Assembly: GCA_951406725.2 (NCBI GenBank)
Contig: OX597818.1
Location: 50,654,001-50,718,000 of the forward strand
Direction of reading: 5' to 3'
DNA: 64,000 nucleotides
DNA from: Octopus vulgaris
Lineage: Eukaryota
In this document: positions 25,251-38,407 of the stretch, piece by piece
Position numbering within the stretch: position 1 is the stretch's first letter
How the letters are laid out: each line of letters begins with the position of its first letter
Position numbers and translations under genes: made by a program
The notes under the pieces: generated by a model
Told to the model about the DNA's origin: nothing
What the model saw: only the letters and a program-made list of their open reading frames with translations
Databases searched by the model: none

Positions 25251-25663
25251 AGAAATACCTTTGTTTGTCTTATTCAACTAATCTTCTTAAAACTGCATTA
25301 ATCAACTACAGTCGAGGAGTCGTAGAACAATTGGAAAGATCATAGTGCTTCTATAGAGTAGAATATTCTGTAGTAGTATCTGTTGTAGCATAGTGTGGTA
25401 CAACTTGAAGAGATTGTAGTTTTGTGGTAGTGCGGTGTAGAAGAGTTTGAGGGGAGTGCAATAGTGTTTTAGAGTTGAGTAGCCAGACGGTTTGGTGAAT
25501 TGTAGTGTGTGTTGTACGTTAGACAGCATCGTAGTACAACTGTAGGATATTATTAAGCAGCTAGTGGAGGTTGTAAAGTGTAATATAGAACAACCAGAGC
25601 GGAATATAGTATTGCTTTAAGGAAGAACAATGAAAGGAAATTATAGTATTGTAGTAGAGTAAT

Positions 25664-25956
25664 AGTGGAGACGCAATGGCCCAGTGGTTAGGGCAGCGGA
25701 TGCGCGGTCGAAGGATCGCGGTTTCGATTCCCAGATCGAGCATTGTGTGTGTTTATTGAGTGAAAACACCTAAAAGCTCCACGAGGCTCCGGCAGGGGGT
25801 GGTGGCGACCCCTGTTGCATTATTTTGCTCCAGCTTTCTCTCACCCTCTCTTTCTGTTTCTTGAGTAACGCTGCGACGGACTAGCTGGGGGAGACACATA
25901 CGCCACAGAAACCGGGAAACCGGGCCCATGAACCTGGCTAGGTTTGAAAAGGGCGA
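25664..25956 (+). mobile_element. SINE A, tail type 3
   Basis: Tail tgagtaacgctgcgacggact...gaaaccgggaaaccgggcccatg...gaaaagggcg. Confidence 0.85.
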
Positions 25957-26193
25957 CGTTTATCGTTTTAGTATAGTAATATAGAACAGCCTAAAGGAAT
26001 GTTATTGCTATATTAGAACAGAGCTGAACACCAAAAGGGGTCTGTAGTATCATAATAGTGTAAAACAGTAGAGGAACAGATGGAATTGCATTATTGTGGT
26101 AAACAGACGAAGGGGAATGTAATGGTTACGTTGTGTTAAACAGATAGAAGGAGGTGTAATATTTTTGTAGATTAGAATGGATACATTCTGTTT

Positions 26194-26535
26194 AGGTAGT
26201 GGGTAGCGATTTTCTTCACTACTTCAGGGAGTGACAACCATGCCTGACATGATCCCACGCTCAGCTGGCTCCGGCTGACAGTACCCGGTACGGGCCCCTA
26301 TCCAGACCTACGGAAAGGAGACAACCTTCAAAGAAATCTGGAGTGGAGCCCCGTAGGCGGTTTAGTGTTCGACTCGACACTCTTCCAGCAGATCCCTCAA
26401 CAAAGCTGGTGCCAAACGTAATGCTCTGCACTCCCTTGGACTACGTCAGCAAGGTTGCGAGAGAAATCCTGACGATTGGGCTACCCAGGATTTTCTTACA
26501 TCTAGCCCAGGCCTACGCAAGACTGGAGAGGAAAC
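26194..26535 (+). mobile_element. RTE-like 5' UTR repeat
   Basis: Homologous to 34545-34950 (minus). Motifs ggagtggagccccgtaggcgg and ggtgccaaacgtaatgctctgc recall RTE 5' leaders. Confidence 0.55.
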
Positions 26536-26537
26536 TG

Positions 26538-26770
26538 GATGTGTGTGTTTATGAGCGAATCACCTAAGCCCCACGCGGCACCGGCAGAAGGTAATGGCGA
26601 ACTTCTGCTGACTCTTTCGCCACAACTTTCTCTCACTCTTTCCTCCTGCACCCTGCAGATCACCTGCGATGGACCGACGTCCCGTCCAGGTGGGGAACCT
26701 ATACGCCCAGGAAACCTGGAAACGGATCCTAATGAGCCAGGCATGGCTTGAGAAGGAACAAACAAACAAC
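26538..26770 (+). mobile_element. SINE A tail 2, 5' truncated
   Basis: Core plus cctgcgatggaccgacgtcccgtccaggtgggg and a (aaac)n end. Confidence 0.85.
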
Positions 26771-26875
26771 AAGGAGAGAGAGAGAAAGAGAGAGAGAGAG
26801 AGGAAAGTGATGCAAAACAACAAGAGTATTATAGTAAAGTAGAGAAAAGCTGTAGTAGCGGTATAGTACTTAATA

Positions 26876-27259
26876 GTGGAGGCGTAATGGCCTAGTATTT
26901 AGGGCAGCGGACTTGCGGTCGTAGGATCGCGGCTTCGATTCCCAGACCGGGCGTTGTGAGTGTTTATTGAGCAAAAACATCTAAAGCTCCACGAGGATCC
27001 GGCAGAGGATGGTGGCGAACCCTGCTGTACTCTTTCAGCACAATTTTCTCTCACTCTTTCTTCCAGTTTCTGTTGTACCTGTATTTCAAAGGGCCGGCCT
27101 TGTCACACTCCGTGTCACGCTGAATCTCCCCGAGGACTACGTTAAGGTTACACATGTCTGTGGAGTGCTCAGCCACTTGCACATTAATTTCACGAGCAGG
27201 CTGTTCCGTTGATTGGATCAACTGGAACCCTTGTCGTCGTAACCGACGGAGTGCCAAGA
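26876..27259 (+). mobile_element. SINE A, tail type 1
   Basis: 13-bp TSD atagtacttaata. Confidence 0.9.
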
Positions 27260-28012
27260 ATAGTACTTAATACAGATCAAGTAATGCTGTTTGAAGATTT
27301 GCAACAGATGATCATCAAAGACAAGTTTTGATCCAAATATGTAAATTAAAAGATTTCCAGATTTCTGCTTATCAATTTCATTACTTGAATTACTCAATAT
27401 AATCATTCTAAATCTATTAATTTATGCGTGTAACCATTGCAAGTAATTAGTGAGCATTAGTGAGAGCAATTATCAACACTGCTGTGCTAATTCGACTAGG
27501 AAATTAGTCGCGAAATTTATTCGATGAGAATATAACGACCAAGCACTAATATTGATACTGTCATCCTACACACACGCGAACATACGCAGCACACACATGC
27601 GCAGAGGATCGTATATATAAATTTATACATAAATGCTTACTTATGTACACATATGCATACATACATGCAGGCAGTCATATACATACTTATGTACATGCAT
27701 ACATGCATACATAATGACATACGCACATGCACGTGCAGCCAGCCACGAATGCATCATATTTATGTCATATGAATACATCAATATTTATGAATTCATCATG
27801 TTTATGTCCATCCAAGCCCCTATATGCATATATATGCATACATACATAGAGATATATACATGCGTACTTATGTACATACATACGTGCATACCTAAATAAA
27901 CACATACATGCTGACGTGCGTATATACATATACATACATGCATGCATACGTACATCGCCCAAACATTACGTGCATACATACATAATACACGCACACATAC
28001 ATTCTTTTTTTT

Positions 28013-28266
28013 CTCGCCCTTTTCAAGCCTAGCCAGGCTCATGGGCCCGGTTTCTTGGTTTCTATGGTGTATGTGTTCCCCCCAGCTGGACGGGATGCAA
28101 GTCCATCGCAGCGTTACTCAAGAAACAGGAAGAGAGATGGAGAGGAAGTTGTGGCGAAAGAGTACCACAGGGTTCGCCACATCCCCCAGCCAACACACAC
28201 AACGCCCGGTCTGAAATCGAAACCGCGAGTCCGCTGCCTTAACCACCGGGCCATTCCGCCTCCACT
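28013..28266 (-). mobile_element. SINE A tail 3, internally deleted
   Basis: Homology to 25664 and 51900. Confidence 0.8.
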
Positions 28267-29002
28267 ACATACATACATACATGAATACATATATAAATAC
28301 GTACATACTCACATATACATATGCACATACATCCATAGACACATACATATATACATAATGCATGCAATCATACACACAGAGATACATGCATATCTACGTG
28401 CATTTATACATGCATATATACATACATACATACATACATTCACACATATACATACACATATAGACATATGTACATACAAACATAGATACATACATACATA
28501 CATATACATACATACATACATACATACATACATACATGCACACATATACATACACATATAGACATATGTACATACAAACATAGATACATACATGCAGACA
28601 CATACATACATACATACATGTACATATATACATACACATATAGACATATGTACATACAAACATGCTCCATCCATCCATCCGTCCATCCATACATCCGTCC
28701 ATCCATCCATGCATCTATCCACCCATATATACATGCATGTATCCGTATTAATCCCATTATCGCTGGAGACTGTAAACAAACGTGATTACATGCTTTGCAC
28801 TATCAGTCGCTGCTTGCACTCGGTTACTATCGCACTGGAAACATAACCTAGGAGATGCAAGCAGTGCATCCGCAATTTAAATAAATCAGCATAAGTAATC
28901 CGGGTGGATAACGAATCTGCAAATAGCAATAAACAATCTACGTCCTAGAACTAAAACGGAAATATCATCATAAAATCTAAGACTAATATATACATACGTA
29001 CA

Positions 29003-29061
<59 letters not shown>

Positions 29062-29099
29062 GTGTGTGTGTGTATGTGTGTGTGTATGTGTGTGTGTGT

Positions 29100-29251
29100 G
29101 TGTGTGGTAAGTAGCTTACTTACCAACCACATGGTTCCGGGTTCAGTCCCACTGCTTGGCACCTTGGGCAAGTGTCTTCTACTATAGCCTCGAGCCGATC
29201 AAAGCCTTGTGAGTGGATTTGGTAGACGGAAACTGAAAGAAGCGTGTCGTA

Positions 29252-29284
<33 letters not shown>

Positions 29285-29448
29285 GTGCGTGTGTGTGTGT
29301 GTGGTAAGTAGCTTACTCACCAACCACATGGTTCCGGGTTCAGTCCCACTGCTTGGCACCTTGGGCAAGTGTCTTCTACTATAGCCTCGAGCCGATCAAA
29401 GCCTTGTGAGTGGATTTGGTAGACGGAAACTGAAAGAAGCGTGTCGTA

Positions 29449-29527
<79 letters not shown>

Positions 29528-29650
29528 TTGTCTCCGACTGCGGTGTGTTTACGTCCCCGTAACTTAGCGGTTCGGCAAAAGAGACCGAGAGAATAAGTAC
29601 TAAGAATAATTCCTGAAACAAGTAAAAGAGTAAAGAGAGTAAAAGAGTAA
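29100..29650 (+). mobile_element. SINE B with tandemly duplicated 5' half
   Basis: 29101-29250 and 29298-29447 are near-identical and share the variants gcttggcacc, gagccgatc and agcgtgtcg. Confidence 0.88.
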
Positions 29651-30000
29651 CATGACGTGTCTTTGATGATAAGTTTTCTTGTTGATAGATACTGCAGGTT
29701 ATTTAATATATGCATTCACGGCAGCAGAGTTCACAATTATGATATAAAGATGAGTAAATGGTGAGTAAAGAAAAGTTCCATCACGGATAATCTACAGCAA
29801 CGAATACTCCAGAAAGACCACTTCATATGTAGATGCATAGTATACAACTTCTGTCTTTTCACAGTGATATTTCCCTGCCATCAACCACCAGCGATGCCTA
29901 CCGTTGTCAACCATCTACAAATACAGTCTCACAAAACACATTAACATCCAACCAAACACTGCGGTCACTTATCCTTACCATGTGGTTCAGCAACAACATG

Positions 30001-30377
30001 CGTGGAGGCGCAATGGCCCAGTGGTTATGGCAGCGGACTCGCGGTCGGAGGATCGCGGTTTCGATTCCCAGACCGGGCGTTGTGTGTGTTTATTGAGCGA
30101 AAACACTTAAGGCTCCACAAGGCTCTGGCAGAGGTGGGGTGACGACCCCTGTTGTACTTTTTCGCCCCCAACTTTCTCTCACTCTTTCTTCCTGTTTCTT
30201 GTCCCCGACTTCCTACGCAACCGCTGAGCCTGGATGCGCATTCATCCATCCGTCGATGCTCTCGGTGTCGGGGGGTTGACCTGCTTTCTCTTCTGCGGGT
30301 CTTACGAATAGCAAAGGACCACGTTTCGGACTTCTCGAAGACCGTTTGCTCAACAAACAAATCAACAAACAAACAAA
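30001..30377 (+). mobile_element. SINE A, tail type 4
   Basis: 12-bp TSD agcaacaacatg. Confidence 0.9.
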
Positions 30378-30717
30378 AGCAACAACATGGATAAATTTCT
30401 CTCTGCTTCTACCGACCTATCAGCTTCTGCACGGGTTATCTGGTGACACCACTAGGCTGTCTGTTCCGCCACGTAGTACTACAGATAATAAACATCTATT
30501 GATGCTGACCTGTCAGCATTACTGATGGGAAAAAAGTCGCCAGATGGAGGTGCCTATCAAGACTCATTTTAAAAGCCACGTTTTTTTTCGTCACATGTAT
30601 TCCAAAATATCAAACTGCTCAAAGGAATTTACACCAACGAAACTTCGAGTAATGCAGTAATGCGTTGAATCAAAATGTTATTACATATATTTTATTTCCC
30701 CAATATCTCGAAAGATG

Positions 30718-30748
<31 letters not shown>

Positions 30749-31226
30749 GTGTGTGTGTGAGTGTATTTGTCTAAGAATCTATGTCAGAACTGTAACTCGT
30801 CAACAGAGTGGGTGGGTGCATTAACGTTTACAACACCATACACACACATATACACTCACATAAGCATAGAAGTATGTACGCCTGCAGGCACCCACGCCTA
30901 TATATATATATATACACACAATATAAAAGTATTGTTGATGTCTCGTTTCTCATTATTTTCAAACGTGACAGGTTTGGTATTACACCATTAATTCGGAGTT
31001 TTTACTGTAACTACACACACACACATATATATAAATATATAAATATATATATATATATATACGAATATATATATTTTTATATACGAATATATCTACATAT
31101 ATGCGTGTGTATATGTATACGTGTATTATGTGTATACAGGTATACATATATACATATACACACGCATATATGTAGATATATTCGTATATAAAAATATATA
31201 TATTCGTATATATATATATATATATA

Positions 31227-31264
<38 letters not shown>

Positions 31265-31789
31265 GAATATATAAATTTTTATATACGAATATATCTACAT
31301 ATATGCGTGTGTATATGTATATATGTATACGTGTATTATGTATGTATGTATGTATGAGTAGAGTAAGATATCTTTTCACTTCCTTAACATTGTATATCAT
31401 ATGAGAAAATAATAAAGAATCACAGTTTGTCTAGTTTTATTTTTTCGCCAACACTACTTAAGTGACGTTAGAAAGAAAGCCAGACGCGATCGTCACAAAT
31501 GTATGTATGTATATGCATGTGTATGTATATATATATATCCATTTATGTAAGTACGATTAGATGAATGTATGTACGTATCAAAAAATAGCAAGTTACATTG
31601 ATGGGGACGTCATGATGACGCATAATATAATGGGTGGGTGTGGAATAGTCTTGTCAATACTTCAATCAAATGTAAATGTAAGAGACAAGACATAGCAATC
31701 TGAGACAGAGGAAAAAGTGTGCACAGCATTGGAAATCAGTTGCTTGGCATATCGTTATTTAACTTTGATAATACGTAAGACGTGTCTTG

Positions 31790-32000
31790 ATTTCTTGGAC
31801 TCATAAGACCAGTTACTCGATTTCCTTGGCATAAAAGTGAGCGAGATCGCTTTTACGCCATTGGTTACTCAATTACTGCAGAGTGGGCCGGAACAGCGTG
31901 CGGGAAATGAACTGCTTTGTTCAAAAATACAGCACCAGGAATCGAAACCGTGATATTGCGAGCGTGAATGTAACACCTTAACAACTAGGCCACACGCTTT
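31790..32000 (-). mobile_element. Old diverged tRNA-headed SINE
   Basis: Minus strand tggcctagttgttaagg...ggtttcgattcctgg (A and B boxes). Confidence 0.5.
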
Positions 32001-32129
32001 CATTAACTTAACACTAAAAATTAGCGAAAGGACATCTTTGCTGACTAACGAGAGATCTGCAATTACTAACTCGGTTAATATTATATTATATTATACTATA
32101 TCCTATCATATATTTATGGTGTGTTTTGG

Positions 32130-32811
32130 GTGGCATGCCAGTTCATGCCACCCAAAATACACCAAGATAAATATCCCCTTCAACTTAGTTAAAGGATTTG
32201 CACCATTGTCTCGGACCCAAAAAGTCGAGAAATACGCCTTCAAGATCTAAAAAAACACTATTACAACGCCAATATCCCTCCACACTCATATACAATGGAA
32301 TCAAACGTGCCAAGGAACTCGACAATAATACACTGAAAACCACCCAACACAGTAACACATCCAACCTCAAAATACTTCCATACATTTCCACCCACAACCC
32401 CCAAAACATCGAAGCATACACCACAATCATACAAAATCTCCCCTCACTGTCCACAGACCCAAAAATGAATAATATTATCAATACACATAAAATTCTTAAA
32501 TGCAAAAGTCAATATAAACCTTTGAAAAAACTCTTAACAAATGCCAAACTTCACACACCACATCCACCCCCATCAGTTAAAAAATGTGCACGCCCTAACT
32601 GTGGTACATGCCCCTTCCTACTTGAAGGCTCTGAATTTACTTTCAAACAAGGAACAAAGTTTAAACTCAAGACCAACTTCTTTTGTTCCTCCGAGAACCT
32701 CATTTACGTTTTTACATGCGCCGGTTGCCAACACAGTTATATCGGACAAACGAGCCTTCCTTTACGCAGAAGAGTAGTAGTCCATAAAGAACAGATAAAT
32801 CTCCAACAATA
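32130..32811 (+). pseudogene. Penelope-like element ORF fragment (RT thumb, Zn-finger linker, GIY-YIG endonuclease start)
   Basis: SSCHPKYTKINIP; after a frameshift LPYISTHNP, CARPNCGTCP and NLIYVFTCAGCQHSYIGQT..LRRR...HK. Truncated by SINE C. Confidence 0.88.
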
Positions 32812-33043
32812 CCTATTTCTTTATTACCCACAAGGGGCTAAACACAGAAGGGACAAACAAGGACAGACAAACGGATTAAGTCGATTATATCGACCCCAGT
32901 GCGCAATTGGTACTTATTTAATCGACCCCGAAAGGATGAAAGGCAAAGTCGACCTCAGCAGAATTTGAACTCAGAACGTAGCGACAGAGGAAAAACTGCT
33001 GAGCATTTCGCCCGAGGTGCTAACGCTTCTACCAGCTCGCCGT
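32812..33043 (-). mobile_element. SINE C
   Basis: Full body and head; interrupts the GIY-YIG ORF. Confidence 0.88.
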
Positions 33044-33522
33044 CTTGCTTTTTTTTTATATCTCCCACAATACCGTCAAATTCCATTCAGTAGCCACATA
33101 GAATCTTGCGCTAGAAATAAAAATCCCAAATTTCATATATTCCCTTTCTATCAATGTAAAGACAGAATCTCTACACAAGAAAGAATCAACAATGAAAATT
33201 TTTTATTGAAAAATTCCAAACGCTTTTAAGATCTGGCTTTATATCAGTTTCCCTCTCCTAGATGGGATGCCTCCACCACGGTAAACGAGCTCGATCTGCC
33301 CCTTAGTGTATGGAATTAAGTACATCAAATTTATAAAAATAAAAGATAAAACAGCGTACATATATATATATTTATATATATACATACATTCAGTGTACAC
33401 ACACACATAAACACACACACACACACACACATATAAATATGTGTATATACACACACAAATTTCAACAGAATAAGATAAAAATTCAAGACTGTGAAAAATT
33501 TCAGAACATTTATAAATAGAAG

Positions 33523-33570
33523 GTCTTACAGCTGTTTCCGGGATATTTTACATATCCCTTCATCGGAGAC
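33523..33570 (-). ncRNA. Minimal hammerhead ribozyme (U4C variant) in a pLTR-like fragment ~33458-33790
   Basis: gtct-CCGATGA-a-gggatat-gtaaa-atatccc-g-GAAA-cagctg-TA-agac. 4-bp stem I, 7-bp stem II, palindromic ACAGCTGT stem III. Confidence 0.7.
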
Positions 33571-33790
33571 GGTGTGAGAAAATGGTTAAGCAATAGTTAT
33601 TCTAGATAAGATATGAAATAGAACGTGAGGCGGAAGAATGAAAATAGACGTGAGATATGCAGGGATATTGTATTTATAGTTCCATTATTTAGGCAGAATG
33701 GTCTATATATATATATAAGATTCCTGTACTTTGAGAATAAGTTCCAATAGTATTTAAAATTGGTCATTCCAGGCATAGAGTTTGTAAACG

Positions 33791-33846
<56 letters not shown>

Positions 33847-33851
33847 CAAGC

Positions 33852-33916
<65 letters not shown>

Positions 33917-33917
33917 T

Positions 33918-33970
<53 letters not shown>

Positions 33971-34544
33971 GTGCATACATGCATACATGCACACATACAT
34001 ACGATCATCATCATCATCAGTATCATTATCTTTATCACATCATCAACATCATCATCTTCATCATTCCCTATCCACTGATAGTCGATGTCAACAGTCCGTA
34101 AGTAAAATCACGAGTCATATTACCGGATGTGCGTATCTCTCCTTCACTGGTTCTGCTCAAACGGCTGAGGTCCAGCTGTGAGTATTAATGTTTAATCTTC
34201 TCATGTTACGTTTAACGACTGCCACATATCTAAGCTACCGTGTATTCTAGTTTATCATTCAGTTGCCAGCTTTGAATAAAATATATTTATTTTGGTAACC
34301 AGTTTTTTTTTTCTCCGTTTCTTGGACATACCCAAACCAGCGTAGATTTCGATGCATTGACATCCCTAAAATGTTAATCAACTTGGTCTATCTCTAGGAT
34401 TATGGTGATTTCTGACCTTATCTGCTCCATACGCTCTGCATGACCTTTGTTTTTCACATCCATCGGAACGTGAAGCGCTCCTCACGACCGCCGGTTCGTG
34501 AGATGGTTGTTATCTGTAAACAGTTTTGAGTTGTTGTTGGCATC

Positions 34545-34950
34545 CTTTTGTCTGGGGAGACAATGCAGTTGCGCATAAACTAATCCAGTCTTGGTTTTTA
34601 CATTTCATGTCCTCGCCAGTTTTGCGGAGGCCTGGGCTAGATGTAAGAAAACCCTGGGCAGCCCAGTCGTCAGGATTCCTCTCTCGACCTTGCTGATGTA
34701 GTCCAAAGGAGTGCAGAGCATTACGTTTGGCACCAGATTGGTTGCAGGAGCTGCCAAAAGAGTGTCGAGACGAACACTAAACTGCCTACGGGGCTCCAAT
34801 CCGGATTTTTTTGAAGGTAGTCGCCTTTCCATAACCCTGGATGGGGGCCCATACCGGGTACTGTCAGCCGGAGCCAGCTGAGCCTGGGACTCGTGTCAGG
34901 CAGGGTCGTCACTTCCTGAAGTAGTGAAGAAAATCGCTACCCAGTACCCA
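34545..34950 (-). mobile_element. RTE-like 5' UTR repeat, second copy
   Basis: Homology to 26194-26535. Confidence 0.55.
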
Positions 34951-35677
34951 CAAGCAGTTTTGAGTATGAACTGGAAAAGAAGAATGAACACGCAATGCGC
35001 ATGTGCACACTGGATTCGTAAACCAGAAGAAAAGAATAAAAACCCAATGTCAAACAATTTATATGAGGGTCTGCATGCCACGTCTGACACCACTATCACG
35101 CAGCTTTGCTGAAATTTTCTTGTTCATATATATGTTATCACGCAATCGTGAAGCTTTTGAACGTATTTATTCTATAATGACCTCTATATGGTTGATAATA
35201 CTATTGCCCGGCAACATATATTCACTGCCAACCGCTAGCTAAGACCAAGTCCGTCGCTTCTAATATACCAGTAGGAAAACGATGGTTGAACAATCACAGT
35301 TATTGCAGTTAGCCGTAAGACTGAATAAAATCGATAATACGCAAAACAAAACAGTTTTAGAATTGAAATACTCTCAGCGATGGATTTTCTTGTCTAGCAT
35401 GCGGTTAGCAGTGAATACATGCTACTGACAATACTCAACGAAGGAGAAATGCGCATCAAGCATTTTCACCGCAACTGCCGGTCGATATTCGTCTGACTCC
35501 AATATATATCATGTGTTTTAAACACTGTGCGTCCATAAGAGATATTGTCTCCGGACGAATACTACAGCAAATTTGCCTTTACACTATGTATTTATATAAA
35601 GTTTTGATACAGAGATTTTAATATAATTCTACTTCTCTTACAGAAAATGGGATTGAGTCAATAGTGGAAAGTATTCA

Positions 35678-35975
35678 CTTTTTTCTCGACTTACGAACGA
35701 GTTCCGTTCCGACTGACAGGTCGTAAGTTGATCTGGTCGTATGTCGGATTTATATTTTTCAACACTGTTTTCATTCAAACGTGAATGATGCTTGAGAGCG
35801 ACTGAGTGAGAGACAGTGGCAGGTAGTGAATGCCTGGGTCTGAGGAAGGTCAGTGTTGCCATAGTTATCGTACATGCAGCTGCCCAATGTCCGAAAATCG
35901 ATTTTTTAAAATTTATTTATTCATTTCCTTATTTTTAGTGGTCGTAAGTCGCATAGGTCGTAAGTCGAGGAGAAG
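35678..35975. mobile_element. Possible pogo/Tigger-like MITE
   Basis: Inverted ends ctcgacttacga and tcgtaagtcgag, with internal ggtcgtaagt repeats. Confidence 0.5.
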
Positions 35976-36252
35976 TTTACATGGCAGCCCAAACCGGCAA
36001 GAATTACAAGTCAAATAATGTCCTTCAAAATCGCACCCAACTGTCTTAAAAAAAGAAAGCATACAATTAATTATGTTGTCTTAGATAATCTTCTATCTGA
36101 AAAAATATTCGGAATGGTCGTGGTTGGAACCTCTTACGTCATATTTGTTCTAAGATATGTCCTAAATTTTATTCTAAAATATGTTGCTAAACAGCAACGA
36201 AATGTTTGACAAATTATTAGAGAAATTCTAGATATCCCTAACCAGATATTAT

Positions 36253-36541
36253 GTTTGTTCCTTCTCGAGCCATGCTTGGCTCATAAGGCCGGTTTCCTGG
36301 TTTCCTTGACGTACAGGTTCCCCACCTGGACGGGACGCCGGTCCATCGCAGGTGAGCTGCTAGATGCAGGAGGAAAGAGTGAGAGAATGCTGTGGCGAAA
36401 GAGTCAGCAGAAGTTCGCCATTACCCTCTGTCGGAGTCGCGTGGAGCTTAGGTGTTTCGCGCATAAACACACACATCGCCCGGTCTGGGCTTCGAACCCG
36501 CGATCCCTCGATCGCGAGTCCGCTAGGCCATGTGCTTCCAC
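36253..36541 (-). mobile_element. SINE A, tail type 2
   Basis: Homology to 11097 and 26538. Confidence 0.85.
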
Positions 36542-37531
36542 AACCAGGTATTATGGATGAAATCAAATCTGGATCGTTGAAAAAATATTTTTGTTCAGCC
36601 ATCACCATTTCTTAATTTTAATGAATGCCGCTGTTAGTTTTTTTTTTATTCCTTTAATCATGCTGTCAATAAAGTATTTGAATATTGTCAGTTCTATTCT
36701 CTTCCGTTCGTTTTGAATAACCACAATTTATTGTTATAAGTTTTTGAATTAGGTTTCGACTTAATTACATTGTTCAATAAAGAAGAAAATAATTCAAGAT
36801 AATTATTTAGGGACCCTTACTAATTCCAATCACTTGATCGTGCATCAGAGCTTCATTATCCAATATGGCTAATATTTTTTCTGAATTATTTTTATCGAAA
36901 GCTTTCTTATTTGTAAAGCACATATAAAATAATATAAAACTCCTGATAAATTGTATAACAGAGGAGATTTAATTACACTCTCTTCTGGTTGGCTAAATCT
37001 ATTTAAGAGTGTCTCTTTATTAGAGATTATTTTCAAATAACGTTAAGCATAAATAGCAATTTTCTTGCTTCTGAAATCACTACAAGTACGTGCTGGAATT
37101 ATATTGACAAACTCTGCGACATTTCGTGATGTATTTTCTTTCCTAAACTGTCAAATGCACAATGCAGATTGCACTAAGGATATCTATTATGCTTATTTCT
37201 GGTGTTCCAATGGTGATAAGGACAAAAATATGAGCGTCATATGTTTGTGTTTGAACTATACAAACAATCTTTATAGTTTTCTTTCATCTGTAAGTGTCTA
37301 CGGAGTTTACCGTTCTTTGATCTGTAGGCAACAAATGAACCATAACATGAATGGTTATTTCCGCAAGACTAAGATTGATATACACTCCGGACACATAAAT
37401 ACACACTCACTAAGCAGAAAAATATTACTTACTTAAATTTACATTCTTCTACGCATCCCATTCTTCTACACATCCTGTATCCCGTTTTTCTGATCTACCA
37501 TTGCTATTTTCATAATCAATATCTGATAAAG

Positions 37532-37919
37532 GTGGAGGCGCAATGGCCCAGTGGTTAGGGCAGCCGACTCGCGGTCATAGGATCGCGGTTTCGATTCCCA
37601 GACCGGGCGTTGTGAGTGTTTATTGAGCGAAAACACCTAAAGCTCCACGAGGCTCCGGCAGGGGATGGTGGTGATCCCTGCTGTACTCTTTCACCATAAC
37701 TTTCTCTCAGCCTTTTTTCCTGCTTCTGTTGTACCTGTATTTCAATGGGCCAGCCTTGTCACTCTCTGTGTCACGCTGAATATCCCCGAGAACTACGTTA
37801 AGGGTACACGTGTCTGTGGAGTGCTCAGCCACTTACACGTTAATTTCACGAGCAGGCTGTTCCGTTGATTCGGATCAACCGGAACCCTCGTCGTCGAAAC
37901 CGACGGAGTGCTTCCATCC
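37532..37919 (+). mobile_element. SINE A, tail type 1
   Basis: 11-bp TSD atctgataaag. Confidence 0.9.
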
Positions 37920-38407
37920 ATCTGATAAAGACATCCGATAATGACTTCAGTTAATGTTAACATTTGACTGAGTTAAGCATTTCATAGTGTCTTAAACATT
38001 TGGTAGTGTGTTCCATCCCGACCACAAATCCAAAAAGAGTCGCTATTTCATCAATCAACAAAACTTAAATGAACTTGTACATGTCATTGATTGCGAATTT
38101 CGGCATACGCCTAGCATGGCACCCACAGCAGTGCGATTTTGTAAATACAGCGTCTGTGGTAACTCACTATCGTCACATATCAATCCATCTTCTTTCTAAA
38201 CGCTAGTAATCCGTGCTTTGTACCAACAATTCTTGCCCGTTTTATTCTTTGGGAGCGGGGAGACTGAAGAATTTTTATAGCTGCAAAAAGAAAATTATTA
38301 AATTTGTGAACTTTACATTAAAAATATTTTATCATCAATGCTATTTGCGTCTACAAACACACTAAAGAAAACGGTTAAGTCTAAGGTTTATTAAATCGCA
38401 TTAATTA

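Noticed and set aside
32812-32968. C-terminal extension of the 256-aa Penelope ORF as real protein
   Set aside because: It is read-through into an antisense SINE C; the same peptide recurs at other SINE C copies.
34570-34650. HDV-like ribozyme on the plus strand (tcctcgc loop, ttacat/atgtaa pairing)
   Set aside because: P3 and P1 are imperfect, J4/2 is non-canonical, and it is antisense to the presumed element.
37065-37436. 123-aa non-repetitive ORF (also 12814-13104, 39800-40045)
   Set aside because: No recognisable motif or splice support, and two of the three lack an ATG start; consistent with chance.
37532-37610. tRNA gene calls for SINE heads (A/B boxes)
   Set aside because: No proper acceptor stem, and each head continues into a repeated body with TSDs.
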